From: Octopus sinensis
Taxonomy: Eukaryota
Direction of reading: 5' to 3'
Assembly (NCBI RefSeq): GCF_006345805.1
Contig: NC_043019.1
Location: 31,743,360 to 31,807,359, forward strand
DNA length: 64,000 nt
Shown here: one piece after another, positions 40,259 through 53,332 of the stretch
Layout: every line of letters starts with the position of its first letter
How positions within the stretch are numbered: the stretch's first letter is position 1
Made by a program: the position numbers and the translations under genes
Notes under the pieces: generated by a model
What the model saw: the letters and a program-made list of their open reading frames with translations, nothing else
Databases searched by the model: none
Told to the model about the DNA's origin: nothing

Positions 40259-41109
40259 GCACACAGACATATGCACGCACACATTTATACATACACAAAC
40301 ACATGCATGCACTCACACACACATGCTCACATATATACGTACATATACTCACACAAGCATGCAGACACATGCACATAGACACGTACATACACGTGCACAC
40401 ACATGCACTGCCACACGTGCACACACACATACACACACAGAGCAGGCTCTTGTTAATTTTATTACCTTGAAAATTTATACAGCATTTTTCAACATACAAG
40501 TCAAATTTTTCCAACCAAAATTTACAACCAAAAGAAGGTTAAATGAATTTATACGTCAAGACGACTTTGGAGGACCCAAAATTTCAAGTAAAATGCATCA
40601 GGATTTGGAATGATTTGGGGATGATTATTGAATATTCACACGCAACTTATGACTTGTATGCTGGAAAATTCACTAACTTTAACCTCAATTCCACGCTACA
40701 GAAAGGAAGTCCTGATCTAACCACAGGATTTAATTTAATAACAACAAAGTTAAATACTTATGGATATGATGATGGTAGTTTCTTGTGGTCTGAGAAACAT
40801 GCTTCTGCAATTCCTTGCTGAACGACCTGCGCAATTGATTTTGTTTCTAGTGATTAAATGTATCTGCCATACATTGACTCACTTCATTCATCAAATCAAT
40901 GTTACCTGAACACGTGCACAGTGTACCATGCATCGGGTGTTGAAATGATCACAGAGTTACCTGAGATGAAGTGTTATGCTCAAGAACACAATGCACCACC
41001 TGGTCTAGGAATTGAAACCATGATCTTGTCATTGTGAAAATAAAACCCTAACCACTGGACTATGCATCTTTGACATTGGCTACAATATTGTGTTTGAATA
41101 TTATTTTTG

Positions 41110-41500
41110 AATCTGTACTTCTTTATAGCTTTTCTGCATGGACATTAAAGAAGAGACCTGAAAAGGAGCTTGGCAGTACATAAATGAGAATGCTTTATGT
41201 TGTTCTTGATCTTTCTAGATAGCAAAACCCTACAAAGCAGCAACTATATGGCAGTCTTCCTGCTATCTTCTTAGTAATCAGAGAAAGGAGATTATATTAT
41301 GCACGATGCTACTGGAGAAGCAATATCATTCAGTGGAAGCCTACCCATGGACATGTAGATATTGGCAAACCTAGAAGATCATATATTGATCAATTTGTGG
41401 GAGACATGGGATATCAGATTGAGGATATGAAGACTGCTATGAAAAATCGAGGCATTCAGTATTGAAGAGTTATATTGATCCAGACATGACCAACAAACTG
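41110..41500 (+). mobile_element. Degenerate RTE-clade LINE 3' fragment
   Basis: WTLKK...MRML...PTKQQLYGSLP.I...IRERR, then a frameshift to QWKPTHGHVDIGKPRRSYIDQF. Confidence 0.75.
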
Positions 41501-42055
41501 ACACTCCATTGGTTATGACAGTGAGAGTTCCAGTTGATCCGATGAATGGAACAGCCAGCTTGTGACATTAATGTGCAAGTGACTGAGTACTCCACAGATA
41601 CGTGTACCCTTAACGTAGTTCTCAGAGAGGTTCAGCATGACACAAAATGTTACAAGACTGACCCTTTGAATACCAGGTACAACTCATTTTTGCCAGCTGA
41701 GTGGACTGGAGCTATGCAAAATAAAATGTCTTGCTCAAGGACACAATGCAATGCTGGGGAATTGAACTCATGACCTTACAACTGTGTGCTGAATGCCCTA
41801 ACCACGAAGCCACGTGTGTCTTCAACCGAGCAGTCCATCGAAAGGAAATTTTTAAGACCATGTTTTTATTTTAGTTGCCAGATCTGGTGGAAGGTGACAG
41901 GGCCCCCAGCCTCCACAGGCCATTTTAAGACCATTGTTTTTATTTTAGTTACCAGATCTGGTGGTAGGTGACAGGGCCATCAGGTTCCACAGGCTATCAA
42001 AGACAACTACTGTTAATGTTCGATTTGATCTACTGTAAGTCAACACATCATCATC

Positions 42056-42392
42056 ATCATCATCGTTTAACGTCCGTTCTCCATGCTAGCATGGTTTGGA
42101 CGGTTCGACCGGGGATCTGGGAAGCCAGAAGGCTGCACCAGGCTCCAGTCTGATCTGGCAGTGTTTCTACAGCTGGATGCCCTTCCTAACGCCAACCACT
42201 CCGTGCTTTTTACGTGCCAGCCGAGGCTGGCAACGGCCACAATTGGATTGGTGCATTTTACGTGCCAGCGGCACGGAAGCCAGTCAAGGCGGCGCTGGCA
42301 TCAGCCACGATTCGGATGTGCTTTTTATGTGCCACCGGCACAGAAGCCAGTCTAGGCGGCGCTGGCATCGGCCACGTTCAGATGGTGCTTGA
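42056..42392. mobile_element. SINE family C with (CAT)n end, GGATGCCCTTCC motif and internal repeats of about 60 bp, representative copy
   Basis: Further copies near 30-385, 3320-3615, 11680-11940, 17280-17630, 49960-50250, 53432-53840, 58284-58790 and 61700-61900. Confidence 0.8.
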
Positions 42393-42964
42393 CCGATGCT
42401 AGCGCCACCTAGACTGGCTTCCGTGCCGGTGGAGAAAATGGCATGACAAGTAATTTTAACTGTCATTTCCAGCAGGTCGACCAGCATCGAAGTGGTTTCT
42501 TCTTTATCTCATCGAGAATATATCCTCGATGTTATTGCTGTTTAGCCCCCAGGTTGGCCCTTGTCAGGCGATATATTATCAGAGACAGCCCGGTTGTGGA
42601 CCTTATTTCATACACATTATAACTAGGACTATATCTACATCTCTCGATAGTTTCTTAACATTTTCTAAGTTGATGCAATGTAATAAGCAGTAGACTTAGC
42701 TGTTATTTTTAGCATGTAGCCGATCGGGCAGAGGTTTACACAGCTTTTTCGATTGAAGTTGGCAACCTATTCAAGAACGGTAACTCGTGTAAAAAATATT
42801 TAAAGTTATCTCCCTTATACAAAACGAGCGAATTTTTCGAGTTTTGGGCTGAATTTTATCGGCTTACAAATGTAACTCTCCTGAAAGACACATTCTCAAA
42901 TCTTTACAAATCATCTCTCTCTCTCACTCACTCTCTCTCTCTCTCTCTCTCTCACTCACTCTCA

Positions 42965-43037
<73 letters not shown>

Positions 43038-43219
43038 CTCCCCCTGTCTGTCTTTCTCTCTCTGTATCTCTTTTGTTTTTTCGAAAGCATAAATGTCATA
43101 AATAATAATAATAATAATAATAAAATAATAATAATAATTATTATTATTATTGTTATTGTTGTTGTTGCTGCTGCTAAATCATCAGTAAATTTTAACTTCT
43201 GTTTTTTTTTTCTTTTTAG

Positions 43220-43363
43220 GGTTCTTTAAAAATCTACAAGATCCCTCTCCCACCTGACATAGAAGATACGACCATCACTGGAGGCGACCCACAGTATGGC
43301 CTTTTCCAAGGTTTACCAAGCAACGACCCTATCAAGGTGTTAGTGAGAGTTTATATTGTCAAG
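43220..43363 (+). CDS. OTOF: Otoferlin-like exon: [48 protein letters not shown]
   Basis: Long T-tract acceptor and GTATGT donor, 144 nt, phase 0/0. Matches otoferlin GSL..Y..PLP...YG.FQG.PSNDP..VLVRVY at the start of C2E. Confidence 0.95.
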
Positions 43364-43384
43364 GTATGTGTTATATGTCTTACT

Positions 43385-44375
43385 GGAAACCTTTGTAACT
43401 TACAGGGGGTGCATTAAATCAAAAGTAAAGATATGAATGACTGAGATCATAGGGGTCCTACATAGAAACCCCTATAAGGACCATTGAATCAAATGTAAGT
43501 GTTAATGGGTGCCCTATAGGAAAACCTCTATCACTTTTGGGGGGACCATTATCTCAGGGGTGAAGATGTGAATGGCTGAGATGATAGGGACCTTACATAG
43601 AAGTCCCTGTAACTTAAGGATCATTGTATCAAACTTGAGTGTTGATAGGGGTTTTACCAAGGAAACTCTAGCTTAGGGGCCAGAGAGTGAATGGTTTTAG
43701 ATGATAGGGGTCTTATTCCAAAACCTTAGGGATCAACTCGAAAGTAAAAATGTGAATGGCTGAGATGATAGGGACCTTACACAGAAACACTGTGACTTAA
43801 GTCCATTGAATCAAACGTGGTAGGTGTCTTTTGGAGTACCTCTATAGTTTAAGGGCCATTGAAGCAAAGATAAGACTATGAATGGTTAAAGTGATAGGTA
43901 TCTTGCATACAAACCCTATAACTTAAGGACCACTTAGTCAAACATGTTCAGTCATAAGTGTCTTATAGAAGAAACTCTTTAACTTTTTAAGGGACCATTA
44001 ACTCAGGAGTGAAGATATGAATGACAGATGATAGGGACCTTACACAGAAACCCCTATAACTTACAGACCATTGTGTCAAACTCAACTGTTGATAGGGGTT
44101 TTATCAAGTAAACTTTTTAGTTTAGGGTCCAGTGAAGTGAATGTGAGAAAATGAATGGCTTAGATGATAGGGTCTTATATTGAAACCCCTGTAACTTTTA
44201 TAGGAACCATTAACTTGAAAGTAAAAATGTGAATGGATGAGATGATAGGGAAACTCCTACAGCTTAAGGACTATATAACCAAATGTCAAAGTTCATGTGT
44301 CTTACAGGGGAACCTGTATGGTTTAGGGGGCCATTGTAGTAAAGGTGAAGAGGGTGAGTGGTTGAGATGAAAATT
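43385..44375. repeat. Degenerate minisatellite of about 60 bp with higher-order structure
   Basis: Recurrent GTGAATGGCTGAGATGATAGGGACCTTAC..AGAAACCC..TAACTTAAGGACCATTG units. Confidence 0.75.
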
Positions 44376-45091
44376 ATGCCAGAAAACTGAGAGGTTGATA
44401 GTTCAAATCCAGTCCCTCATCATCATCACCATCATCATCATCATCAACATTGTTTCAACACTTTTTTAAAAGATGTGTCAAAACAATTGTAGTCATTTTA
44501 AATAAAAAGAAATGTCGTTCATACCATTTTCTATTGGTTATCTGTTTACATGTGTGTGTGTGTGTGTGTATGTGTGTGTGTGTGTGTGTATGTGTGTGTG
44601 TGAGTGTATGTTGAGGTGCTGAAAAGCTCCTGGCTTTGAGTAAAAGAAAATACAGGAAGATCAGTTAAGTATGATGCCAGAATCGTTAGCATGCTGGGCA
44701 AAATGCATTGTGGCATTTCATCTGTTCTTACATTCTGAGTTCAAATTCTGCCGAGGTCGCATTTGCCTTTCATCATTTCAGGGTCGATAAATTAAGTACT
44801 AGTTGCATGCGGGGGGGGTTGATCTAATCAACAGACCCCATCTCCAAAATTTTGGGGCCTTGTGCCTAGAGTAGAAAAGAATCATTAGCATGCCAGGTAA
44901 AATGCTTAGCGATATGTCACCTGTCACTACAAACTGAGTTCAAATTATACTGAGATTGACTTTGCCTTTCATCCTTTCGGGGTCGATAAATTAAGTGCCA
45001 GTGAAACACTGGGGTCGATGTAATCAGCTTAATCCCTTTCTCCAAATTTGAGGCCTTGTACCTTTAGTAGAAAGGATTATTATTATTATTA

Positions 45092-45131
<40 letters not shown>

Positions 45132-45355
45132 GGCAAGCTAGTAGAATATTTAGCATGTCAGACAAAATGCTTTGCAGCATTTCGGCAGTCTTTATGTTCT
45201 AAGTTCAAATTCCACTGAGATTGACTTTACCTTTCATCCTTTTGGGGTCGATAAATTAAGTACCAGTTACATACTGAGGTTGATATAATCAACTTACCCC
45301 ACCCCCAAAACTGCTGTCTTTGAGCCTAAATTTGAAACCATTTACAATCTGAAGC

Positions 45356-45594
45356 TATCTATCTATCTATTCATCCGTTCAGTCGAAGTCGACTCTCAGT
45401 TACTCGTTGGATCAGTGTCCTCCAGTCAGTTCTATCCTGGGCCGCTTCTTTCAGATTGGTTATGTCCATTCCGGTATCACTCTTGATGGTGTCAAGCCAG
45501 TGGGTTCTTGGTCGGCCTCTTCCTCTCTTGCCACTGACCATTCCGAGCATGATGTCCTTCTCCAGGGATTTTCTCTGCAGATTAATACTTCTTG
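45356..45594 (-). mobile_element. RTE/BovB-like LINE 3' end
   Basis: SLEKDIMLGMVSGKRGRGRPRTHWLDTIKSDTG...LKEAAQDRTDWR...RLRLNG*, followed by an (ATAG)n tail. Confidence 0.85.
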
Positions 45595-46124
45595 TATTTA
45601 ACGTTTTTTTTGTTTTTTTTTAATTGATTTGGTATGTTTTAGCCTAAGCTTTTAGTACATTTGCCCTAAACTTGACATGTTTAGCATTTAAAATATATAT
45701 CCATAACCATTGGATATTCATGTATTTATAGATATTTCTCTGTAGCATTCCTACATTTGCATTTATGAATAACTGACCTCTTTTTTTTTCTATTTTTTTA
45801 ATTACTTTTCATTTAACATTTGTATGTTTGTGTAACTTGTCAATTCCAATTACATGTTATAGGCACAGGCGTGGGCATGTGATAACAAATGGGCTTCTCA
45901 TCCACATGGTTCCAGGTTCAGTCCCACTGTGTGGCACCTTGGACAAGTGTCTTCTACTATAGCAGAACCAAAACCTTGTGAGTGGATTTGGTAGACAGGA
46001 ACTGAAAGAAGCCTGCTGTATATATACATATATATCTATATATACATACATACATATAAATATATATATATAATACACACACACACACATATATGCACAT
46101 ATATATGTGTGTGTGTATAAGTGT

Positions 46125-46189
46125 GTGGTTCAGTGGTAGAATGCTCGCCTGCCATGTGGGCAGCCCAGGTTTGATTCCTGGCCAATGCA
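46125..46189 (+). pseudogene. tRNA-Gly(GCC) pseudogene lacking the 5' acceptor-stem strand
   Basis: GTGGTTCAGTGGTAGAATGCTCGCCTGCCATGTGGGCAGCCCAGGTTTGATTCCTGGCCAATGCA aligns from position 7 to the discriminator of the invertebrate tRNA-Gly-GCC sequence as I recall it. A T-rich tract follows. Confidence 0.85.
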
Positions 46190-46204
46190 CAGGTTTCTTT
46201 TTAT

Positions 46205-46604
46205 AGGTGCAGGAGTGGCTGTGTGGTAAGTAGCTTGCTTACCAACCATATGGTTCCAGGTTCAGTCCCACTGTGTGGCACCTTGGGCAAGTGTCTTCTA
46301 CTATATCCTCAGGCTGACCAAAACCTTGTGAGTGGATTTGGCAGACGGAAACTGAAAGAAGCCTGTTATATATATGTATATATGTGTGTGTATATGTTTG
46401 TGTGTCTGTGTTTGTCCCCCCGCCCCAACATCGCTTGACAACCGATGCTGGTGTGTTCATGTCCCCATAACTTAGTGGTTCAGCAAAAGAGGCCAATAGA
46501 ATAAGTACTAAGCTTACAAAGAATAAGTCCTGGGGTCGATTTGCTCGACTAAAGGCAGTGCTCCAGCATGGCCACAGTCAAATGACTGAAACAAGTAAAA
46601 GAGT
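46205..46604 (+). mobile_element. tRNA-derived SINE family A (CORE-like CCTTGGGCAAGTG, central (TA)/(TG) tract), representative copy
   Basis: Further copies at about 2711-3093(-), 21030-22165(-, split), 35602-36009, 50399-50770(-), 54795-55208, 55724-56209(-), 59161-59555, 62441-62940 and 63310-63708(-). Resembles octopus OK/OR-type SINEs. Confidence 0.85.
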
Positions 46605-47303
46605 ATATGCATAGATATATATATTTTTTAAAGGGTTGACTGTGAATTCGTCCTTTAACTGGATTAGTTTCCAAAAAATTTCTAACGTCGTTTCTTCATA
46701 CTTTACTTTGAATTTACAGGTGTAAATTAGCATAGATATGGAAATTTATATAGGTATATTAAGTATATGATTTGACTTATAAGACAAAGTTCAACAAATT
46801 CAATCATATTTATCGTAAATGGAGGAGATTAGATGTTAATATGAATTGAAATTATTTTTATTTATGTAGCTGTACAATTGTTTCATACAGAAAGGCAATA
46901 AATTAATTTTAAGAATCTGGGTTGTCAAAGAGTATTCGTCAGTAGCAAAAATTAAGGAACGGTAAAAAAGAAAAGCTAAAAAGACGTTAGAATTACATAG
47001 GTATGGTGTTCATAATGTGTAAGTGTTCTTAGAGTCATGTCTATTTAAAACAAGACTCTTGTTTTAGGCATGACTCCATACAAAAGTTATCATAGGCTCA
47101 TCAAACAAATATAACTCGTCAAGCTTGTAGAATTGAATAAGAAGGAGTCCAAGACAGCTTTTAAGCACTGTGCTTAATTATCAATTTAGCAGTAACATCA
47201 ATTTCTGTTCAGAATTTTAGGCCCACACACTTGTACAAGATATTTATAGGGTGACACTATCTCTAAGGGTAGAGGGTTTTACTAGCAACATAGATTTTAT
47301 ATA

Positions 47304-47930
47304 CACAGGGTGCGAAAGATATTTGAGGACAGATTTATGTTTATAAAAAAAAACAGATATGATATAACAGGTAATCAAAAAATGCTATGAGGATAAAAAT
47401 AAACCTTCTTTTCTATAATGTTATTCAATAAAGCCACTTTCATCTTCACCAACTGCTTCTATATGAGATCTAAATCATCTACATGCTCAAATCAAGTGGT
47501 CCTGGTTCATTTTGGATATTACTTTGATAATGGCAGCTTTCAAAGAATCTTTAATGTTATGGGCATATTCATTGACCTCTCTCTCAACAATGCTCCACAT
47601 GTAATAATCCAATGGATTAAGATCTGGGGAATTAGGAGGCCAAATGTTAAGGGTTATGTGATCATAAAAATCTTCAGCTATCCATTCCTGTGTTACTAGA
47701 GCCATGTGGGATAGCACAAAGTCTTACTGAAACACATTTGGCCTTCCATTGCATACACTGTCTATCCAGGGCTTAACAATTATTTCCAGGACCTCAATGT
47801 AGGTGGCAGAGTTAACTCTAAGGCCTTGTGGAAAGAAGTAAGGAGGCATCGCGTGTCCTTCATTGCTGACAACCCCTGAAACCATGACAGTTCCAGGAAA
47901 TTTTGTATGCATAACACTTGGAACTTCACA
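47304..47930 (-). mobile_element. Tc1/mariner-superfamily transposase 3' remnant, probably maT (DD37D)
   Basis: VMV.GVVS.EG..MPPYFF..GLRVN...YIEVL...VKPW, then WPPNSPDLNPLDY and ...GFIE*. Terminal CAGGGTG near 47306. Confidence 0.85.
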
Positions 47931-48409
47931 AGGGTCTGAAAAAAATTGTCAGAATATTTAGTGTATTGTAGAAGTAGTAGCAATTTATTGTACCTAAACT
48001 CTAACAACAAAATCTTATATGGACCCTAAAGGGTTATATGGGCCCCTGTTGGGAACCACTGAGCTGAACCCATCAAGGTGGTGCCCCAGCATGGCTGGAA
48101 TCCAATGACTGAAACAACTCAAAAACAAAAGCAAAAAAAAAAAGCAAGAGAAAAATAGGGTCTGTCATTGTTCTATGAGGGTGGTCTTGGGTAGGTAAGG
48201 TAAGGGCCAAACAACAAGTGATATTTCTAACCTACCAAACACTCCTTCTTCCCCCTCCACTCTCACCTAAGGAGCCCTACCTTCCCACCTTTTACCATTG
48301 TTATTCATTCATTCAGTGCTCTGACTTGACAGCCTCTCATCCCCAAAAACTGACTTCTTTCCAAACAATAGAAACAAACTATTTGCCTTTATCAAAAGCC
48401 ACATAGCAG

Positions 48410-48745
48410 CCTATCCTTGCCTTCCTTTCCTTCTTTCTTTCTTTCTTCCTTTCCTTCTTTCTCTTCCTTTCTTTCTTTCTCTTTCTTTCTTTCTCTCTCT
48501 CTCTCTCTCTTCTTCTTCTTCTTCTTCTTCTTCCTCTCTTTCACTTTGTGTTTCTTTCTTTCTTCCACCTTGCTTTTCTTTTTTCTTTCTTCCTTTCTAT
48601 CTTTCATTCATTCATTTGTTCTGTAGTCCTTCCTTCCTTCTTTTTTACTTCACTCATTCTCTCTTCCTTTCTTCCCTTCCTTCCTTCTTTCTCTTCTTTC
48701 TGTCTTCTTCCTTCTGTTCATTCCTTCTTTCTTTCCTTCCTTCCA
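48410..48745. repeat. Polypyrimidine (TTC/TTTC/TC) tract
   Basis: Read directly. Similar tracts at 42914-43075 and 49555-49965. Confidence 0.9.
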
Positions 48746-48787
48746 AGTCAGAGAATGTAAGAATCATAGTGGTGGTGGTGTTGGTGG

Positions 48788-48869
<82 letters not shown>

Positions 48870-49847
48870 GGTGGTGGTGGTGGTGGTGGTGGTGGTGGTG
48901 AGCTTCCCATTGTTTGTGGTTAGAAATATGTAATTATAATATTTATGGCATGTCTAGCTGTGTGCTAGCAAAAGACAGACACCCCTACCCCTCTTCCACC
49001 CTCCCTTCCTCTTTCCTCCCCACCCTGAAGAAGAAGACAGAGCATAGAGTGACTGGGTGGGGAGTAAAGAGACTGGTCACTGACATCCACCCCATGTTAT
49101 TGTTTTTTTTTATATTATTTTGCTCTGTCCCTTTATTTTTGTTTCTTTGAAGGAAGGTCTCCCCACCCCACTCTCTCCCTCCACCACCCCTTCTCACCAT
49201 CCCTACACTTTTTGCTTCATTTTATTGTTTTGTTATTTACCAAAATAATCCAGGCAGTAAGGGGTTTCTTTATTGGCCACAAGGGCTGAACACAAAAACA
49301 AATATGGACAATACAAAACAAGGGACACACATAAAAAAAAAACACATAAACAATAAAATAACAATGACAACAAGAAAATTCTAACAACTGTAATTTCTAA
49401 TAGTTGGGACTTCCACCCAGGGCCAACCAACCAAAGCACCCCACACATCTTGGTTACCCTGACCACTAAGAGCACCTCTTTACCTCTAAACCACTTGGGG
49501 CCTACAAGTGAGAATGTTCAGGACAAATTGTCTGTTGGTTCCTAACTTATATACTCTCTTTTCTATTTTACTTTCTTTCTTCCTGTTTCTCTCTTTCCCT
49601 TTTTCTCTTTGATTCCCCCTCTCTTTCTCTCTCTGTTTATCTTTCCTCTCTCTCTTCCATTCTCTCTCTGTTTATCTTCCTCTCTCTCTCTCTCTTTATT
49701 TGTTTATCTTTCCTCTTTCACTCCTCTCTTTCTCTCTCCTTTCTTTTCTCTTTACCTTTCATTCAATCTTTATTTGTTTTCATTTCTTTCTAACTTTTTT
49801 CTTTCTCAGTCAACTTTTTTCATTCTCACACCAAATCTTTCTCTTTC

Positions 49848-49881
<34 letters not shown>

Positions 49882-50625
49882 CATCTCTCTCTTTCCATCT
49901 CTCTCCTTCCCTTTCTCCATCTTTCTCTCCCTCTCCCCACCACCACTCTCTTTCTCATACATCCTTTTCAACCCATGGCATGGGTTGGACAGTTTGACAG
50001 GAGCTGACCAGCTGAGGAGCTGCACCAAACTCCAGTCTGATTTAGCAAGGTTCTTAAAGCTGGATGCCCTTCCTAACACCAACCACTTTACAGAGTGTAC
50101 TGGATGCTTTTACACAGCACCCAGTACAGGTGTATTTAAATGGCACCAGCACAGGTGCTTTTTACGTGGCACTAGTACCCATGAGCCTGCAAGGTTAGAA
50201 ATCTGTCACCTGCATCTCAGCTGGAGCGAGATGCAGGTGACAGCCTGTATGCAAGAATAACCATGCTTTTACTTAGCTCAACATATCTTTCCAAGCACAC
50301 TAAACAGCCAGGAGCCTCAGTCCCCTGTCATCCCCTCTATGAGTCCCAACGTCTGTACATCTTTTCTCACCACTTCATCCCACATTCTCTTGGATCTAAT
50401 TCTTTTACGTTTGTTTCTTTTACTTCTTTCACACATTTCACTGCAGCCATGCTGGAGCACCACCTTTAGTCGAATAAATCGACCCTAAGACTTATTCTTT
50501 GCAAGCCTAGTACTTATTCTATCATTCTCTTTTGCCAAACCACTAGGTTACAAGGATGTAAATACACCAAAAAAGTGATGGTGGAGGGGGACAAATACTG
50601 ACACACAAGCACACATACAAACATG

Positions 50626-50661
<36 letters not shown>

Positions 50662-50805
50662 CACAATGGGCTTTTTTCAGTTCCTGTCAACTAAATTCAC
50701 TCACAAGGTTTTGGTCAGCCCGAGGCTATAGTAGAAGACACCCAAGGTGCCATGGAATGGGACTGAACCCTTAGACGGTTATTTTAACCTCTGACTTCGC
50801 TACCC

Positions 50806-50836
<31 letters not shown>

Positions 50837-51219
50837 GTGTGTGTATGTATGTATGTAGAGATGGATGGATGGATGGATGGATGCATCTATTAGTATAAAT
50901 TCCATGGACTATTTTAATTATTTCTCAGTCTGACATTACTCCCTTTTCTGTTTCAATTTGATATCCGTTTTTTACTCTCTCTCTCTCTTTCTGATATCTA
51001 ATATATCAGAAAGCAATATCATCATCATAATCATCCTAATCATCATCATCATAGTCATCATAATTATTATCACCCTCGTCATCGTTAACTTTCTTATTTT
51101 CATCTTGATTGTCATCATTCAAAACTCATAAATCAAATATAAACAATGACGTTATAGACTTCAACTAATGGCAATATATTTAATGCTTAATGGTATCCCT
51201 ATGTTTAATAATTTCACAG

Positions 51220-51347
51220 GCGAATGACCTTCATCCTTCTGATATTAATGGAAAAGCAGATCCGTACCTTGTTATAAGACTTGGCAAAACCGTCATTAAT
51301 GGAAAGGACAACTACATATCGAAACAACTGAATCCTGTCTTTGGAAA
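51220..51347 (+). CDS. OTOF: Otoferlin-like exon, C2E Ca2+-binding loop 1: [42 protein letters not shown](K)
   Basis: tttcacAG acceptor and GTAAGT donor, 128 nt, phase 0/2. DINGKADPY and [12 protein letters not shown] are ferlin C2E signatures. No matching next exon found before 64000. Confidence 0.96.
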
Positions 51348-52132
51348 GTAAGTGCGCAGTTCAACTTAGTCCTTTTTTATATTTAACTCTTTTATTACCA
51401 TATTTCAATTGAAAAGTACTGCTTTTATTCTTTTATTAATTCCAAAAAATAATGAAGAATTCAATAAAATAACTTTGTTGTTACTAAGCTGGTGTTTGGA
51501 AGATAAATAAACCTGAAAGTTTCATGGAAGGTTTAGATTTAGATCACTTTAACCCTTTTGTTACCATATTTAAATTTTTAAAAAACAGTTTTTGCTTCTA
51601 TTAATTTTGAAAATTATGAAGAATTTAGTAAAATAATTTTGGCATTGTTAAGCTGGTGTTTGGAACATAAATCAAAGTGAAATTGTGATGAAAGGTTTAG
51701 TTAGATCCTTTAACCTTTTGTTGCCATATTTCAATTGAAAAACACTGTTTTTATGTCTATTAACCCTTTCAATACCAACCCGGCTGAAACCACCTTTGAC
51801 TCTTTAGTACAAATGTCTTGTTTTCAAAAGATCTGAATTAAAATCTTCCACCAAACCTTAGTCACAATTTATGTTCCTAACACCAGCTTAATGATAACTA
51901 AGTTATTTTACTAAATTCTGTAGTGTGATGGAGGAAAAAGACAACAGAAAAAGAAGCAAAAGAGAGAAAGAAATACAGAGACTTTACCTGTTGACCTAGG
52001 CAGGATGAGCTACGCATGCCCCCGTGACTCTTCTGCTGGCCCCAGCAGTCTTCACCTCCGTTTACCTCATCTGCAATCCTCTCCACCAACACCACATAGC
52101 TCATCACAGCCCATAACACCACAAATTCTTTA

Positions 52133-52535
52133 TTTATATATATAAAACTGAAGTTGTCTGTGTGTGTGTGTGGCAGGTTTGGTAGCCTTCAACCAACACT
52201 ATCTCCTCCGAGACCCTGCGACGCAAGTTGACCAAAATTGGGAGTATGATAGAAGAAGGCTTGCTCTTCATTCCATAGAAGACAAAATTCAAATTGGACC
52301 ATGTTAAGACCAAAAATTATTTACATCAAAAAGGTGGGGTTTTTTCTATGAAAATCCCTATTTTTTACAATTTTTTTACTGCTTTGTCGCCATTTTTTGG
52401 TGTATTTCAACCAGAAAAATGTTCACTTAAAGAGATTAACAAGCTACATAATGCAAAATTTTTACTTTTCAAAAATTCCAATTCTAAAGGGTCGAAAAGA
52501 AAACAAACCCGAGCAACGCCAGGCTATACTGCTAG
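52133..52535 (+). mobile_element. Non-autonomous Helitron-like element with related termini
   Basis: 5' tttatatatataaaactgaagttg and 3' cccgagcaacgccaggctatactgCTAG|T. Same ends as 61941-62337 but a different interior. Confidence 0.7.
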
Positions 52536-52979
52536 TTATATTTAAAATTAATTGAAAGAAACACAGAGCATCTCAAAATAAATATGGTAACGAAAGGGTC
52601 AATTCTGAAATATAACGGAAACTTTAGTAAAATAACTTTGTTGTTACTAAGCTGGTATTTGGAACATAAATGAACATGAAATTTTCGTGGAATGTCTTAA
52701 ATCAAATCACTTTGAAACAGAATGTTTGTATCATAGAAACAGGTCAATACCTAATATTTTGACAAAATCCTCATCATATCCTGCTATCTCCACCAGCAGA
52801 AGAATGTGTACTAGTATGAAACAGTTGCCTCCATTGTATGAATCTTAGTTATCAGCTATACCTCATCTTAGTTTCATTAGCCATACTCTTTCTATGCTAG
52901 TTTAGGGCATGTTAGAAATAATATCAATTTTGGAATTTTCTTTCCCCTAGATCAGTAATTCTCAACTAGTCTCCTAGAT

Positions 52980-53332
52980 CAGTAGTTCTCAACCAGGGTT
53001 CATATGGCCCCTGAAGGTCCATATAAGGATCTGGTGGGGTCCACCCTACAAAATAGTAAATTAGGGATCCACAATAGTATTTTAAGGGCCCCTGGAAAAA
53101 TTTTGCTTTAGAATGTATGCAATGGTACATATTGCAAAAATCAGCAAGTTTTTCTTTCTCTTGACATTTTTCATAGTTCAACCTACACAAGTTAATGTGA
53201 GAAAAACAAAATGGGAATTTTGAAAGAAGTTTCTTTAAAACTAGTTTTTAGCAGAGAATAGCCAAGGAGGTCCACTAGCATAAAATAGTAATCAAAGGGG
53301 TCCATAGATAAAAAAATGATTGAGAACCCCTG
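52980..53332. mobile_element. hAT (Charlie-like) MITE
   Basis: TIRs CAGTAGTTCTCAACC / GATTGAGAACCCCTG and an 8-bp TSD, TCCTAGAT versus TCCTAGAG. Confidence 0.85.
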
